Source: Clostridia bacterium (lineage in GTDB: Bacteria; Bacillota; Clostridia; JAAYHZ01). Taken from it: a stretch of DNA of 64,000 nucleotides. Where the stretch lies: the NCBI GenBank assembly GCA_050950825.1, contig JBMNIH010000009.1, positions 32,001 through 96,000 of the forward strand, given 5' to 3'. The notes beneath the pieces are model-generated. The model was not told where the DNA came from and made no database searches. It was given only the letters and a program-made list of their open reading frames with translations. Shown here one piece after another: positions 19,282 to 28,902 of this stretch; position 1 is the first letter of the stretch, and each line of letters opens with the position of its first letter. The position numbers were made by a program, and so were the translations under genes.

Positions 19282-20538
19282 GTGATTCAGCCTGTTCAAT
19301 CCGCCATCGGTAAGAAGACGGAATCCGTTTTTCAAGAAATAAAGAACATTTGGTTATGCTCGGAAGAACGTTTTCCGGAGTATTTGCCTGTCGTTTCCGA
19401 AGAAACACGCATGCGAAATTTACGGAGCATTCAAGAAAAAACATGTCTTTTCCGGAATCGGATTCGGCAATTTCCTCGTTTGCTTCTGAATAGAAACCGG
19501 TGGGCGCAAAAGGTTAACAAGGACATTCATGACATCTTACATAACGATGACGTTTGGGGGATTCGGCAGGTGATGTCAAAAGATAAAATCGATTTGTGGC
19601 AAGAAGAGCTGAAAGAATTTTTGCGACGGACCCGTATGCTTTTTCCCCGAATGTCCTTCGAAGAGATCGGTCAAGGGATACGCAATTACATGGTTTATGC
19701 CATGATTCGAGAGTTGTGCGATGTCTCCATGGAATTTAGCAAGGCGGCGTACGGCTACAGCATGCTTTATCCCGTGACGGATAACTTTTTGGACGGCAGC
19801 CGCTCCGTAGAAGACAAACTCGAATACAACCGCTTCATCAAAGACGTCATCGAAGGCAAAGGTCCGGCTCCGAAGAATTTTCATCAACAAAAGACAAAAG
19901 AGATGCTGGATTTTATCCGCTCGGAGTTTTTGCCCGAGCAGAACAAAGACCTTTATGATCTTTTGCTGATGATGCTGGATGCACAAAACACAAGCTTGAC
20001 ACAGCAAAACAAGCAAAAGAGCCTATCACCGGATGAACGGTTGAACATATCCATATACAAAGGCGGAATATCGGTGCTGTTCGACCGCTTCTTGGTAAAG
20101 AAGAAAATTGCGGAAAACGACCTTTTCTCCTATATCGGTTTAGGATTCTTCCTTCAGCTTTCCGACGACCTTCAGGATATCCAAGAAGACGGGAAGAGGG
20201 GACACCAAACGATTTTTACATACAATACCGATCCCGAATATATCGAGGGCTTGGTCAATAAAATGCTTCGGTATATTTTTTACGTCATGGAGCGCCTTCA
20301 AACCGTACACGAACCCTTTAAAGAATTTTTACTGCAAAACTGCTGCAATTTGGTTTATGCATCGGTTCTGATGAGCAAGGGCTTTTTCTCGGAAGCGTAT
20401 TTGAAAAGACTGGAATCCTTCATGCCGATTCCCGCCCCTTCCGTAGAAGCATACTTGGAAAATCGACTTGAGGAGTTGGACGAGAAGGAACAAAAACGTT
20501 ATCGAAAAATGCTTGATGCCATTATATTTTTAAAATAA
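19282..20538 (+). CDS. Class I isoprenoid-synthase/terpene-synthase-fold protein (function unknown)
   Basis: Two Asp-rich motifs, YPVTDNFLD and FLQLSDDLQDIQED, plus YKGG; predominantly helical. Confidence 0.6.
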   Translation: MIQPVQSAIGKKTESVFQEIKNIWLCSEERFPEYLPVVSEETRMRNLRSIQEKTCLFRNRIRQFPRLLLNRNRWAQKVNKDIHDILHNDDVWGIRQVMSKDKIDLWQEELKEFLRRTRMLFPRMSFEEIGQGIRNYMVYAMIRELCDVSMEFSKAAYGYSMLYPVTDNFLDGSRSVEDKLEYNRFIKDVIEGKGPAPKNFHQQKTKEMLDFIRSEFLPEQNKDLYDLLLMMLDAQNTSLTQQNKQKSLSPDERLNISIYKGGISVLFDRFLVKKKIAENDLFSYIGLGFFLQLSDDLQDIQEDGKRGHQTIFTYNTDPEYIEGLVNKMLRYIFYVMERLQTVHEPFKEFLLQNCCNLVYASVLMSKGFFSEAYLKRLESFMPIPAPSVEAYLENRLEELDEKEQKRYRKMLDAIIFLK

Positions 20539-20553
20539 TTCGGAGATAAGACT

Positions 20554-21021
20554 ATGAACGAATACATCAAATCGCTGCGCAAGAAAATAGGACACGACCT
20601 GATTATACAATGCGGCGCAAGCGTGATTGTACTGAACGAACAAAACGAAATATTGCTTCAGCTTCGAAAAGATAACTCGTGTTGGGGCTATGCAGGCGGC
20701 GCGGTGGAACCCAATGAACCGGTGGAAGAGGCCGCCAAAAGAGAATTGTACGAAGAAACGGGACTCATTGCAAACAAGCTGGAGCTTTTCGGTGTTTTTT
20801 CCGGTCCCGATCTTCATTACATTTACCCGAACGGAGACGAAGTGTCAAATGTGGATATCGTTTACTTGTGTAAGGATTATTCCGGCGAACTAAAGTGCCA
20901 AGATTCCGAGGTTTCGGATTTACGCTTTTTCCCTTTGGATCGATTGCCGGAGAATTTATCTCCGCCCGTAAGAAAAGCGATTCTTCGTTTTGCGGAAGAA
21001 TTTTTAACGAGAAATAAATAA
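20554..21021 (+). CDS. NUDIX hydrolase
   Basis: Nudix box GGAVEPNEPVEEAAKRELYEETG; YPNGD subfamily motif. Confidence 0.92.
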   Translation: MNEYIKSLRKKIGHDLIIQCGASVIVLNEQNEILLQLRKDNSCWGYAGGAVEPNEPVEEAAKRELYEETGLIANKLELFGVFSGPDLHYIYPNGDEVSNVDIVYLCKDYSGELKCQDSEVSDLRFFPLDRLPENLSPPVRKAILRFAEEFLTRNK

Positions 21022-21047
21022 AGGACAATAAGAAGGAGGATAAGGGT

Positions 21048-21980
21048 ATGTTTACGATTTCGAACGGTGTATATCCTACCATGATTACACCCTATACAAA
21101 GGACAACGAGGTGGATTACGAGAATGTGAAAAGGATCGCCTCTTGGTATATTCAAAAGGGCTGCGAAGGTATATTTTCCGTATGCCAGTCAAGCGAAATG
21201 TTCTATCTTAGCTTGGATGAAAGAGTGAACATTGCAAAAACCGTGAAGAATACGGCGGGACCGAATGTCTGTGTAGTGGCATCCGGACATACGGGCAGTT
21301 CCATCGAAGAACAGGCTTATGAATTGAATGCCATGGCGGAAACCGGCGTTGACGGTATCGTGCTGGTCAGCAATCGTTTGGATATGCATAACGACGGCGA
21401 TACGGTATGGATCAAAAACGCCGAAAAGCTTTTATCAAAAATCAAGTCCGACATCCCCTTGGGTATTTACGAGTGCCCTCATCCGTATAAAAAGCTGTTA
21501 TCTTCGGCCATACTGAATTGGATGAAAGAAACGAATCGATTCGTCTTTATTAAAGATACCTGCTGCAGCCCGAATCTTCTAAAGCAAAGATTGGAGCTTT
21601 TACGGGGAAGCGGTATCAAGCTGTACAATGCCAACGGCCAAACGCTTTTGTATTCCTTGCGTTTAGGCGCGGGAGGCTACTCCGGCATCATGGCCAATTT
21701 CCATCCGGAGATTTACGTTTGGCTGTGCAAAAACCCTGATCATCCCTATGCGGAAAAAGTACAGACTTTTTTAAGCTTGTATGCTTTTACGGAAGCGTTA
21801 CCTTATCCTCTGACCGCCAAATACCGTATGTCATTAGAAGGCATACCGGTCAATCTCGAATCGAGAATGGTGGACAAAAAAAGGTGGGACGACTTTGCGA
21901 AATTTATGATCCACCAATTATTGGATATCGAAAAAGAAACGATTGAATATATCAAGAAAATGGATAGTAAATCGATATAA
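21048..21980 (+). CDS. Dihydrodipicolinate synthase/N-acetylneuraminate lyase family aldolase
   Basis: PTMITPY, CQSSEM, YECP (catalytic Tyr), IKDT (Schiff-base Lys). Confidence 0.88.
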   Translation: MFTISNGVYPTMITPYTKDNEVDYENVKRIASWYIQKGCEGIFSVCQSSEMFYLSLDERVNIAKTVKNTAGPNVCVVASGHTGSSIEEQAYELNAMAETGVDGIVLVSNRLDMHNDGDTVWIKNAEKLLSKIKSDIPLGIYECPHPYKKLLSSAILNWMKETNRFVFIKDTCCSPNLLKQRLELLRGSGIKLYNANGQTLLYSLRLGAGGYSGIMANFHPEIYVWLCKNPDHPYAEKVQTFLSLYAFTEALPYPLTAKYRMSLEGIPVNLESRMVDKKRWDDFAKFMIHQLLDIEKETIEYIKKMDSKSI

Positions 21981-21991
21981 AGCTCCGATAT

Positions 21992-22035
21992 AAAAAAATA
22001 AAGGCCGGCCGTCCGAAAGAACGACCGACCTTTAT
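21992..22035 (-). terminator. Terminator between convergent genes
   Basis: Minus strand ATAAAGGTCGGTCGT-loop-ACGGCCGGCCTTTAT followed by a T-run. Confidence 0.7.
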
Positions 22036-22038
22036 ATT

Positions 22039-22983
22039 TTACAGAATTTCGTCGTAAAAAACGCTTTTAAATCCGTTTTCACTTACGATTCTCACGGCCG
22101 TTTCGATTTTCTTTGTGTAATTCGGCTGATAGGAGCGGTATTTCGGATAAAAATATTGTTCGTGGGTTCCGAATCCTATGTATTCTTTATCCAAATCCTG
22201 CGTTATCAATGCGGCGATTTTTTCGGGCTGCAGGCGGTCCAAAACGAATTTCACGGTGGATTTAAATTTCAATCCGGTTTTCTCGTCCGTGTAGTATTTT
22301 ATCGTATCCATTTGATCCGTATAGGCTTCGTCACTGATATGATTGTATCCTTTCAACCGCAGCATGTTCACATCGGGGGACAGGTGGTGATACACCCATG
22401 AAGCGGATTCGGTACGGTTTTGAAAAAGACGATCCCGGTGTGCATCCGATAAACCGGATAAATCGTCGTCGAAAGGCAAAACCCTTCCGTGTGTTGCGTT
22501 TAAGCATTGTACGCCTACATCCGCCAAAGCTATACAGCCTTCGTAGCTTACGCAGTTCCAGTGGGCAACCATTTGGGAATAGGAAAAGGTATCCTCTCCT
22601 GCAAAACGATAGACTTCGTCACGGACGCGAGTAAAAGCATCCTTCATTTCGTCGTATGTAACATTGATGAAAGGATAGTCGGGAAACTCGGCTTTTGCAT
22701 GGAATGCAAGCCGTAACCAACGAGAATTGGCCTTCCATTCCTCTTTGTAGCAATCCGGCATTTCCGAAAGGTTAAAAGAGCCTTTTTCGCCTAAAGGATC
22801 GCTGAGAGGATGGGTTTCAAAGAATACGTTTAATTGCACTTTCATGCCGTACTTGTCATGCAAGCTTTTTAAAAATGCCAAATAGGCATGGTCAAACAAA
22901 GAAGAAGGCCGCTCCCTTGCGATGTCCCTTAAAAACCAAATGTTGTCGTCTATGAAAAAATAGTATACGCTCATATCTGTCAC
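22039..22983 (-). CDS. Hypothetical protein, possible polysaccharide-deacetylase-like fold
   Basis: FFIDDN, AFHA and GTHEQYF resemble NodB-like metal motifs; AAGGA RBS. Confidence 0.5.
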   Translation of the reverse strand: MTDMSVYYFFIDDNIWFLRDIARERPSSLFDHAYLAFLKSLHDKYGMKVQLNVFFETHPLSDPLGEKGSFNLSEMPDCYKEEWKANSRWLRLAFHAKAEFPDYPFINVTYDEMKDAFTRVRDEVYRFAGEDTFSYSQMVAHWNCVSYEGCIALADVGVQCLNATHGRVLPFDDDLSGLSDAHRDRLFQNRTESASWVYHHLSPDVNMLRLKGYNHISDEAYTDQMDTIKYYTDEKTGLKFKSTVKFVLDRLQPEKIAALITQDLDKEYIGFGTHEQYFYPKYRSYQPNYTKKIETAVRIVSENGFKSVFYDEIL

Positions 22984-23147
22984 ATCCTTTTCATTTATTT
23001 CCTGAAAATAAGCGCATCTTAATAGATATTGTGGTACTTATGTACAATTATACCACAATGAACTTTTTAAACCCTTTTACTTTTATTATGCTTTAAAGGA
23101 ATGAAGGTTTTATAGTATACTGAAGCTGCAAAGGAAGGATGGTCCCC

Positions 23148-23336
23148 ATGAAAAAGAAAGCACAATCAAAATGTGAATCTTGCTATCATTACACCTACGA
23201 CGAGGATTACGGCTATTATACCTGCCAAATCGACTTGGACATTGACGATATGGAAAGGTTTTTAACCGATACCTTTCGCCATTGTCCCTATTACCAATAC
23301 AACGACGAATACATCATTGTAAAGAAGCAAAATTAA
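23148..23336 (+). CDS. Small Cys-containing protein (DUF6472-like)
   Basis: CESC..YYTCQIDLDIDD..CPYYQYNDEYIIVKKQN; alternative start 23139. Confidence 0.75.
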   Translation: MKKKAQSKCESCYHYTYDEDYGYYTCQIDLDIDDMERFLTDTFRHCPYYQYNDEYIIVKKQN

Positions 23337-23366
23337 CCGATCCGCGGGAGAAAGGAAAGAAAGCCT

Positions 23367-24425
23367 ATGAACCTTCAATATACGGAAAAATGCAGTATAC
23401 CTGAAAACGGTTTTTTTGGTGAAGACCAAGCCTTGATGCCTTTGTTCGAAAAGGATGAGGAGCAAACCCTTGAAATTTGGGAGCAAAAACGTAAAATTCT
23501 TATCGAACAGTGGCAAAAGGTAATCGGAGAGCCCTCATATACGGATTACGAAAAGACAACGAAGGTCATCGAAAAGTTTGAACATCCGGAATTTTACGGA
23601 ACCGTATGCAAGCAATCCGTCGGTCCTATGAACAAGCAATTGGTATTGATTATGGAGCCCAAAAATCCCGTAAAAACACCGAGACCGGGAGCGATTGTGC
23701 CCTTCTATCGGCCGGATGCCATGGCGGGATTTGACCTTGCGCAAAAAACACCGATTGAAGACGGGAAAAATGTTCAATTCGGCCTTCATCTTGTCCGCCA
23801 AGGGTATGTTGCAGTTTGCACCGAAGCTTTTCCTTTCAATACCGTTCCGGAATTTAACGATGACAAGGGCTTGGCCCGGTGGAAGGTGGCGGCGGAAAAA
23901 TTGTTGAAAGAAAACCCCGGGTGGACGGGAATCGGAAAGCTGATCCAAGATACAAGCCGCGGCGTCGATCTTTTGTTAAGCCTCGAAAATATCGACCCGG
24001 AACGGATTGTAGCCGTTGGCCATTCCTTAGGAGGTAAAATGGTCTTTTGCACCGCCGCATTCGATGAAAGAATCAAATGCGTTATCGCTTCGGATTTCGG
24101 CATCGGATGGAGCTTTACCAACTGGAACGATATTTGGTATTACGGTAAAAAGATCAATGAAAAGGATTTTCCGTTGGCGAATCATCAGCTTCTTGCCCTG
24201 ATAGCGCCTCGCTCCTTCCTGTTGGTCGCCGGCTTATACGACAAAACGGAAAGCCTGCAGTATCTTTCGGAAGCAAAAAAGGTGTATGCTCTTTACCGAA
24301 GAGAGAATCGTGTAGGGATGTTCGATCACAAATCCGGACATCGCCCTCCGGAATATGCCATGGATATCGCCTACAAATGGCTTGCCGAGCAATTCGAATT
24401 GCCCTATAGGGAATGGAATTTTTAG
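23367..24425 (+). CDS. Alpha/beta-hydrolase (dienelactone hydrolase/acetylxylan esterase-like)
   Basis: GHSLGG nucleophile elbow, FDERIKC, LIAPR, C-terminal GH. Confidence 0.8.
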   Translation: MNLQYTEKCSIPENGFFGEDQALMPLFEKDEEQTLEIWEQKRKILIEQWQKVIGEPSYTDYEKTTKVIEKFEHPEFYGTVCKQSVGPMNKQLVLIMEPKNPVKTPRPGAIVPFYRPDAMAGFDLAQKTPIEDGKNVQFGLHLVRQGYVAVCTEAFPFNTVPEFNDDKGLARWKVAAEKLLKENPGWTGIGKLIQDTSRGVDLLLSLENIDPERIVAVGHSLGGKMVFCTAAFDERIKCVIASDFGIGWSFTNWNDIWYYGKKINEKDFPLANHQLLALIAPRSFLLVAGLYDKTESLQYLSEAKKVYALYRRENRVGMFDHKSGHRPPEYAMDIAYKWLAEQFELPYREWNF

Positions 24426-24537
24426 CTTTTAGGGAAACTTCGATTATACGCAACCTGTCAATTGCGTTTTGTATCGTTTCCCGATAGTCTGATATAAAAG
24501 GCGAATAAGGAAAGAATGAAGAATAACAGGAGGATCC

Positions 24538-25581
24538 ATGCTCGACATCATAAACTACGGCTATGATCCGACACTCGAACCGATTCCGGAAGGAATTGAA
24601 GTTGCACGGGTAGCGGCGGTATATAAGGAACGTTACGAACTCATATGCCGTTACGGTTTGATTTACGGACGTCTTAAATCAAGCGTATATTACGATAAAA
24701 ACGAGGAATTTCCCACAACCGGGGATTTTGTTTGGATACAATACAATCCTTCCGGAGACAGTGTCATCATCAAGACATTGGAAAGAAAATCCTTCTTTTC
24801 GCGCTTGGACCCGATACCCGGAAAAGGGATGCAGGCCGTAGCGGCGAATTTCGATTACGTGTTCATACTCACATCATTGAACCGAGATTTTAATTTGAAA
24901 CGATTGGAACGCTATCTGGCCCTTTCCTGGCAAAGCGGCGGCATTCCCGTCATTTTACTTACCAAATCCGATTTGATTGAGGACCCTTCCGAATACGTGA
25001 AACAGGTTGAAAAGACGGCAAAAAACGTGTTGGTCCATACCATCAGCGTAAAAACCGGTTACGGGCTTCAAGACCTTTCCGAATACTTAAAGCCGCGTAA
25101 AACCGTCGTACTTTTAGGTTCCTCGGGGGTCGGAAAATCCAGCCTCATAAATGCATTGGCCGGCAGTGAAATCATGAAAGTAAATGAAATTCGGGAAGAC
25201 GATGCCCGAGGACGGCATACCACGACAAAACGCCAATTGATTCCGCTTTCATGCGGTGCCATGATCATCGACACCCCGGGCATGCGTTCCGTGGGTATGC
25301 AGGATACGGAGCAAGGATTAGGGGAAGCTTTTTCCGATGTGGAAGAATACTTTGGCAAGTGCCGATTCAAAGACTGTAAGCATTCAAAGGAGCCGGGTTG
25401 TGCAATAAAGGCGGCGTTACAAAACGGGGAGCTTTCCTTGGAACGATGGAACAGTTATCTGCAATTAAAAAGAGAATCGGAATATTCCGAGGATCCTTTT
25501 GAATACTTGAAGAAAAAGAAAGAAAAGTTTAAGACCATTGCCAAGATCAACAAGGAAAAGTACAAGGGAAGAATCGAGTAA
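24538..25581 (+). CDS. rsgA: RsgA/EngC-family circularly permuted GTPase
   Basis: VAANFD, TKSD, GSSGVGKSS, GRHTT, DTPG and the CRFKDCKH..EPGC Zn finger. Confidence 0.93.
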   Translation: MLDIINYGYDPTLEPIPEGIEVARVAAVYKERYELICRYGLIYGRLKSSVYYDKNEEFPTTGDFVWIQYNPSGDSVIIKTLERKSFFSRLDPIPGKGMQAVAANFDYVFILTSLNRDFNLKRLERYLALSWQSGGIPVILLTKSDLIEDPSEYVKQVEKTAKNVLVHTISVKTGYGLQDLSEYLKPRKTVVLLGSSGVGKSSLINALAGSEIMKVNEIREDDARGRHTTTKRQLIPLSCGAMIIDTPGMRSVGMQDTEQGLGEAFSDVEEYFGKCRFKDCKHSKEPGCAIKAALQNGELSLERWNSYLQLKRESEYSEDPFEYLKKKKEKFKTIAKINKEKYKGRIE

Positions 25582-25611
25582 CGGTAAATTCTTAATTTAA
25601 CGAATGCGAAT

Positions 25612-25642
25612 AAGCATGTACCTTTACGGTATGTGCTTTTTT
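25612..25642 (+). terminator. Intrinsic terminator
   Basis: AAGCATGTACC-loop-GGTATGTGCTT followed by a T-run. Confidence 0.75.
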
Positions 25643-25715
25643 CATGTAAATAAAAAATATCGCGAATTAAATACGGTGAAAAAGTCGAAACGTTATGATA
25701 CAATCACGATACAAA

Positions 25716-25725
25716 TGGTGAACCA
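25716..25725. promoter_or_regulatory. Putative GntR/FadR-type operator
   Basis: TGGT-GA-ACCA palindrome just downstream of an extended -10 (TGaTACAAT) and upstream of the lyase-like pair. Confidence 0.45.
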
Positions 25726-25754
25726 AATTCATTTGAAAAAAAGGAGAAGCCGTT

Positions 25755-28700
25755 ATGAAACGTTTTGAACGTGACACCGTGAAAACTTCTCGGACCTTTT
25801 ACACCGATGAAAAATTGCGCAATGCAAAGAAAAATATCGAGAAGTTCGAATGGGCAAGAAAAGAAAAAGAGAAGGCTGTAAAAATGGCCGAGGAATTTTT
25901 GGCATACGGAGTTCCCAACCTGCTGACGTATGTGACACAGCAAAACATTCCTCGAAGCTACGGGGTCAATCAAATGAAAGGCTGCCCGGTTTGCGGCAAA
26001 GGCATCGATAAGTACGGTAATTATCCTTATCTTGCCGACATTTTCAACAGGCCTTTCAAACTGCAGTGTCCGAATTGCAAATCCCTTTTCCCGTCCAACG
26101 ATTTCGATTCCTACTACAAAAGCGGACTGGACGAAAACGGAAGATTTCATTATGAAAAAGCCGATCCGAAATATTTGGTAAACGAACTGTATCCCGATAA
26201 GCCCTCCGACTGGTGTGTTGACAACGGATTCGGATGGGTGGATCCGGAAGGATGCAAGACAAAATCCTATTCCATGGTATACGACAAAAACGGATATCAT
26301 CAAAAAGATACCACCACCGGAGACAATCGTTATACCTTTATCGCCTATTACAACCACTGGTTCATATGGATGACCTGGCAAGGCGTCGGTATGGTTACAT
26401 GTGCCATATCCGCGTTACGAGATGCGTACCTATACACGGATGACCCGAAATACGCCAAAGCGGGGCTGATGCTTTTAAACCGTGTTGCGGACTTTTACAA
26501 AGAATACGATGCCTGCGTCTATAAATGGGAAGACAATTTCCGCCACTCGGGAGGCGCATGGGGCAAAATCGTAGGCTCTATCTGGGAAGAAAGCGTTGTG
26601 AACCAATTCATTAAAGCATACGATGCCTTTTTCCCCGCCATTACGGAGGAAGTCGTTCAAGAAATCAATGCACATCCCTTCTACAAAAACAATCCCGTAT
26701 CTCCGAAAAACGCCGAAGACATTAAATTGAATATCGAGAACAATATTCTCTACCAAATTCTACCGGAAGTAAAGAACCACAGAATACGCGGCAATTTCGG
26801 TATGCATCAGGAAAGCATCGCTTTGGCCGCTTTGGTTCTTCAAAACGATGAATACTTCAAATACAGCATCGATACCATCATGGAGACCACGGACGGCCAG
26901 CCGTGGGGTGTGGGAAACATTGAAAATGTATTGATCAACGAGATTGACCATGACGGATGCGGAAACGAAACCGCCGCCGGGTACAACGGAATTTGGATCA
27001 ACGGTATGAGTGCCATTGCCGACATATTGAAGGGGACTTCGAAGGATCTGTACAACAATAAAAAGTTTTTAAAGATGCACGACCTCGAAATCCCGTATAT
27101 CGTTGCGGATCGATATACTTTAAACATCGGAGATTCCGGTATTGCCGGAAATCCACACACCGTCGTATACAAAGACCCTCAAATTGCCCTGTTCCTTCAC
27201 AACGGCAACGTACAAAGCGCACAGCTTCTGGATTTGGATGCGAAGGTTCGAAAACAAAAGGGGGAAAACGGCTCCATTGTTCAGAACATGCTTATCGATT
27301 GTGAAAAAGTAGAAGAAGACATCGTCAAAACCATTGAAAAACACGGCCCCTTCCGGTCCGTCAGCGAAAACTACAGCGGATACGGCATCGCCAAATACGA
27401 AATTCGAAATGAAGCCCAAGAGCCGAAAAGCGTATGGATGTATTACGGGCGAAACACCGGCCACGGACATAAAGACACATTGATGTTGGGCTTTTTCGGG
27501 TACGGCGTATTTCTAAACCCGGACCACGGTTACCCCTGCTTTGCAGACGGCAATTTCGAACGCAGCCGCTGGACCGTAAATACCCTATCTCACGATACGG
27601 TTTCGGTAGACGAAGGCCCCGGAAAGAACCACGTCGTCGGCATTCCTCATCACTTCGATGCAAGAGAAAAAATCGGCGTTATGGACACGGAAGCGCCTCT
27701 TCTGTATGAGCAAACCTCATGCTATCGAAGAACGTCGGTTACGGTGAACTTGGACGGCGCCGCATACACCGCCGACTTTTTCAGAGTGGCGGGAGGAAAA
27801 GACCATCGGTACGTATTCCACGGTGCGGAAGGTGAGGCTCAAACGACGGGCTTGAACCCGGTCGCCCAAATGCGTGGAACCTATGCCGGAGAAGACGTTA
27901 AGTTTGCATCGGAAGAATACGATCGTAAATCTCGCAGCGGCTTTAACTATTTGTACGACGTAAAAAGAGATTCTTCGGTGAAAGGCTCTTTTACGGTGGA
28001 TTGGAAAGTAAAAGACACCTTCAAAGTATGGAATAAGGAAAGAGACGTCCACATTGCCGTTACGGTTTTGGATCCGCCGTACGAAGCCGTCCTTGCAAAA
28101 GGCCAACCGCCGCAAAACAAGCCCGGCAACCCGAAGGAATATACCTATTTGATCGTTCATAACAAGGGCGAAAATTTGGAAAGCCAATTTGCAACCGTCA
28201 TCGAATCCTATGAAAACGATAGCGCCGTATTGAATGCGGAAGCCTTGCCTATCGCTTGCGAAGACGGAAGCGATCCCGGGTATCTTGCCAAAGCGGTGAA
28301 GGTTACGATGAAAAACGGTCGCATCGATTATATTTTAAACGCCATTGATCAAAGAACCTACGTTGTCGACAACGGAAAGATGAAGTTCAAGGGATTTCTT
28401 GCGGTTATCAGCGAAAAAGACGGCCGTGTTTGCTACAAGTATGCGAATGATCTTTCCTACTTGAAATTCAAGGATCAGGAGCTTGTCAAGGGGGATCTGT
28501 TCGTAACGGGAATCGTTATTGATTTTACCAAAGAAAGCAGTTTGGATAACAGAATCATCGTGAAGCTTGATACCGACGTATGTCCTTCCAAGCTTACTCA
28601 TGCATACACGGATATCGAAACCGATAAGATCCGAAACGGATGCTACAAAATCCTCTCCGCTCAAAAGAACCGAGACGGTTTGTACGAATTGAATATCGGA

Positions 28701-28808
28701 GACATTACATTGATTCGCGCTTTGGTTAACGAGGGCCAAGAAGAAAAATACGTATACAATATAGCCGAAGGCGCCAAAATACGTATACCGTTGGCCAAGG
28801 AAGAATAA
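25755..28808 (+). CDS. Large heparinase II/III-like (polysaccharide-lyase-type) protein, copy 1
   Basis: GNFGMHQ, GYN, GHGHKD and NTLSHDTV motifs; N-terminal CPVC..CPNC; no signal peptide. Confidence 0.72.
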   Translation: MKRFERDTVKTSRTFYTDEKLRNAKKNIEKFEWARKEKEKAVKMAEEFLAYGVPNLLTYVTQQNIPRSYGVNQMKGCPVCGKGIDKYGNYPYLADIFNRPFKLQCPNCKSLFPSNDFDSYYKSGLDENGRFHYEKADPKYLVNELYPDKPSDWCVDNGFGWVDPEGCKTKSYSMVYDKNGYHQKDTTTGDNRYTFIAYYNHWFIWMTWQGVGMVTCAISALRDAYLYTDDPKYAKAGLMLLNRVADFYKEYDACVYKWEDNFRHSGGAWGKIVGSIWEESVVNQFIKAYDAFFPAITEEVVQEINAHPFYKNNPVSPKNAEDIKLNIENNILYQILPEVKNHRIRGNFGMHQESIALAALVLQNDEYFKYSIDTIMETTDGQPWGVGNIENVLINEIDHDGCGNETAAGYNGIWINGMSAIADILKGTSKDLYNNKKFLKMHDLEIPYIVADRYTLNIGDSGIAGNPHTVVYKDPQIALFLHNGNVQSAQLLDLDAKVRKQKGENGSIVQNMLIDCEKVEEDIVKTIEKHGPFRSVSENYSGYGIAKYEIRNEAQEPKSVWMYYGRNTGHGHKDTLMLGFFGYGVFLNPDHGYPCFADGNFERSRWTVNTLSHDTVSVDEGPGKNHVVGIPHHFDAREKIGVMDTEAPLLYEQTSCYRRTSVTVNLDGAAYTADFFRVAGGKDHRYVFHGAEGEAQTTGLNPVAQMRGTYAGEDVKFASEEYDRKSRSGFNYLYDVKRDSSVKGSFTVDWKVKDTFKVWNKERDVHIAVTVLDPPYEAVLAKGQPPQNKPGNPKEYTYLIVHNKGENLESQFATVIESYENDSAVLNAEALPIACEDGSDPGYLAKAVKVTMKNGRIDYILNAIDQRTYVVDNGKMKFKGFLAVISEKDGRVCYKYANDLSYLKFKDQELVKGDLFVTGIVIDFTKESSLDNRIIVKLDTDVCPSKLTHAYTDIETDKIRNGCYKILSAQKNRDGLYELNIGDITLIRALVNEGQEEKYVYNIAEGAKIRIPLAKEE

Positions 28809-28811
28809 CAA

Positions 28812-28872
28812 AAAGAAAAAGGCTGCTGCATTCCAAAGGAAAACCTCTTATGAATGCAGAGCCTTTTTCTTT
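28812..28872. terminator. Long hairpin/terminator between the paralogs
   Basis: AAAGAAAAAGGCT-G-CTGCATTC...GAATGCAG-AGCCTTTTTCTTT. Confidence 0.7.
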
Positions 28873-28902
28873 ATACCAAAACCTTGAAAAGGAGTAGCCG
28901 AC

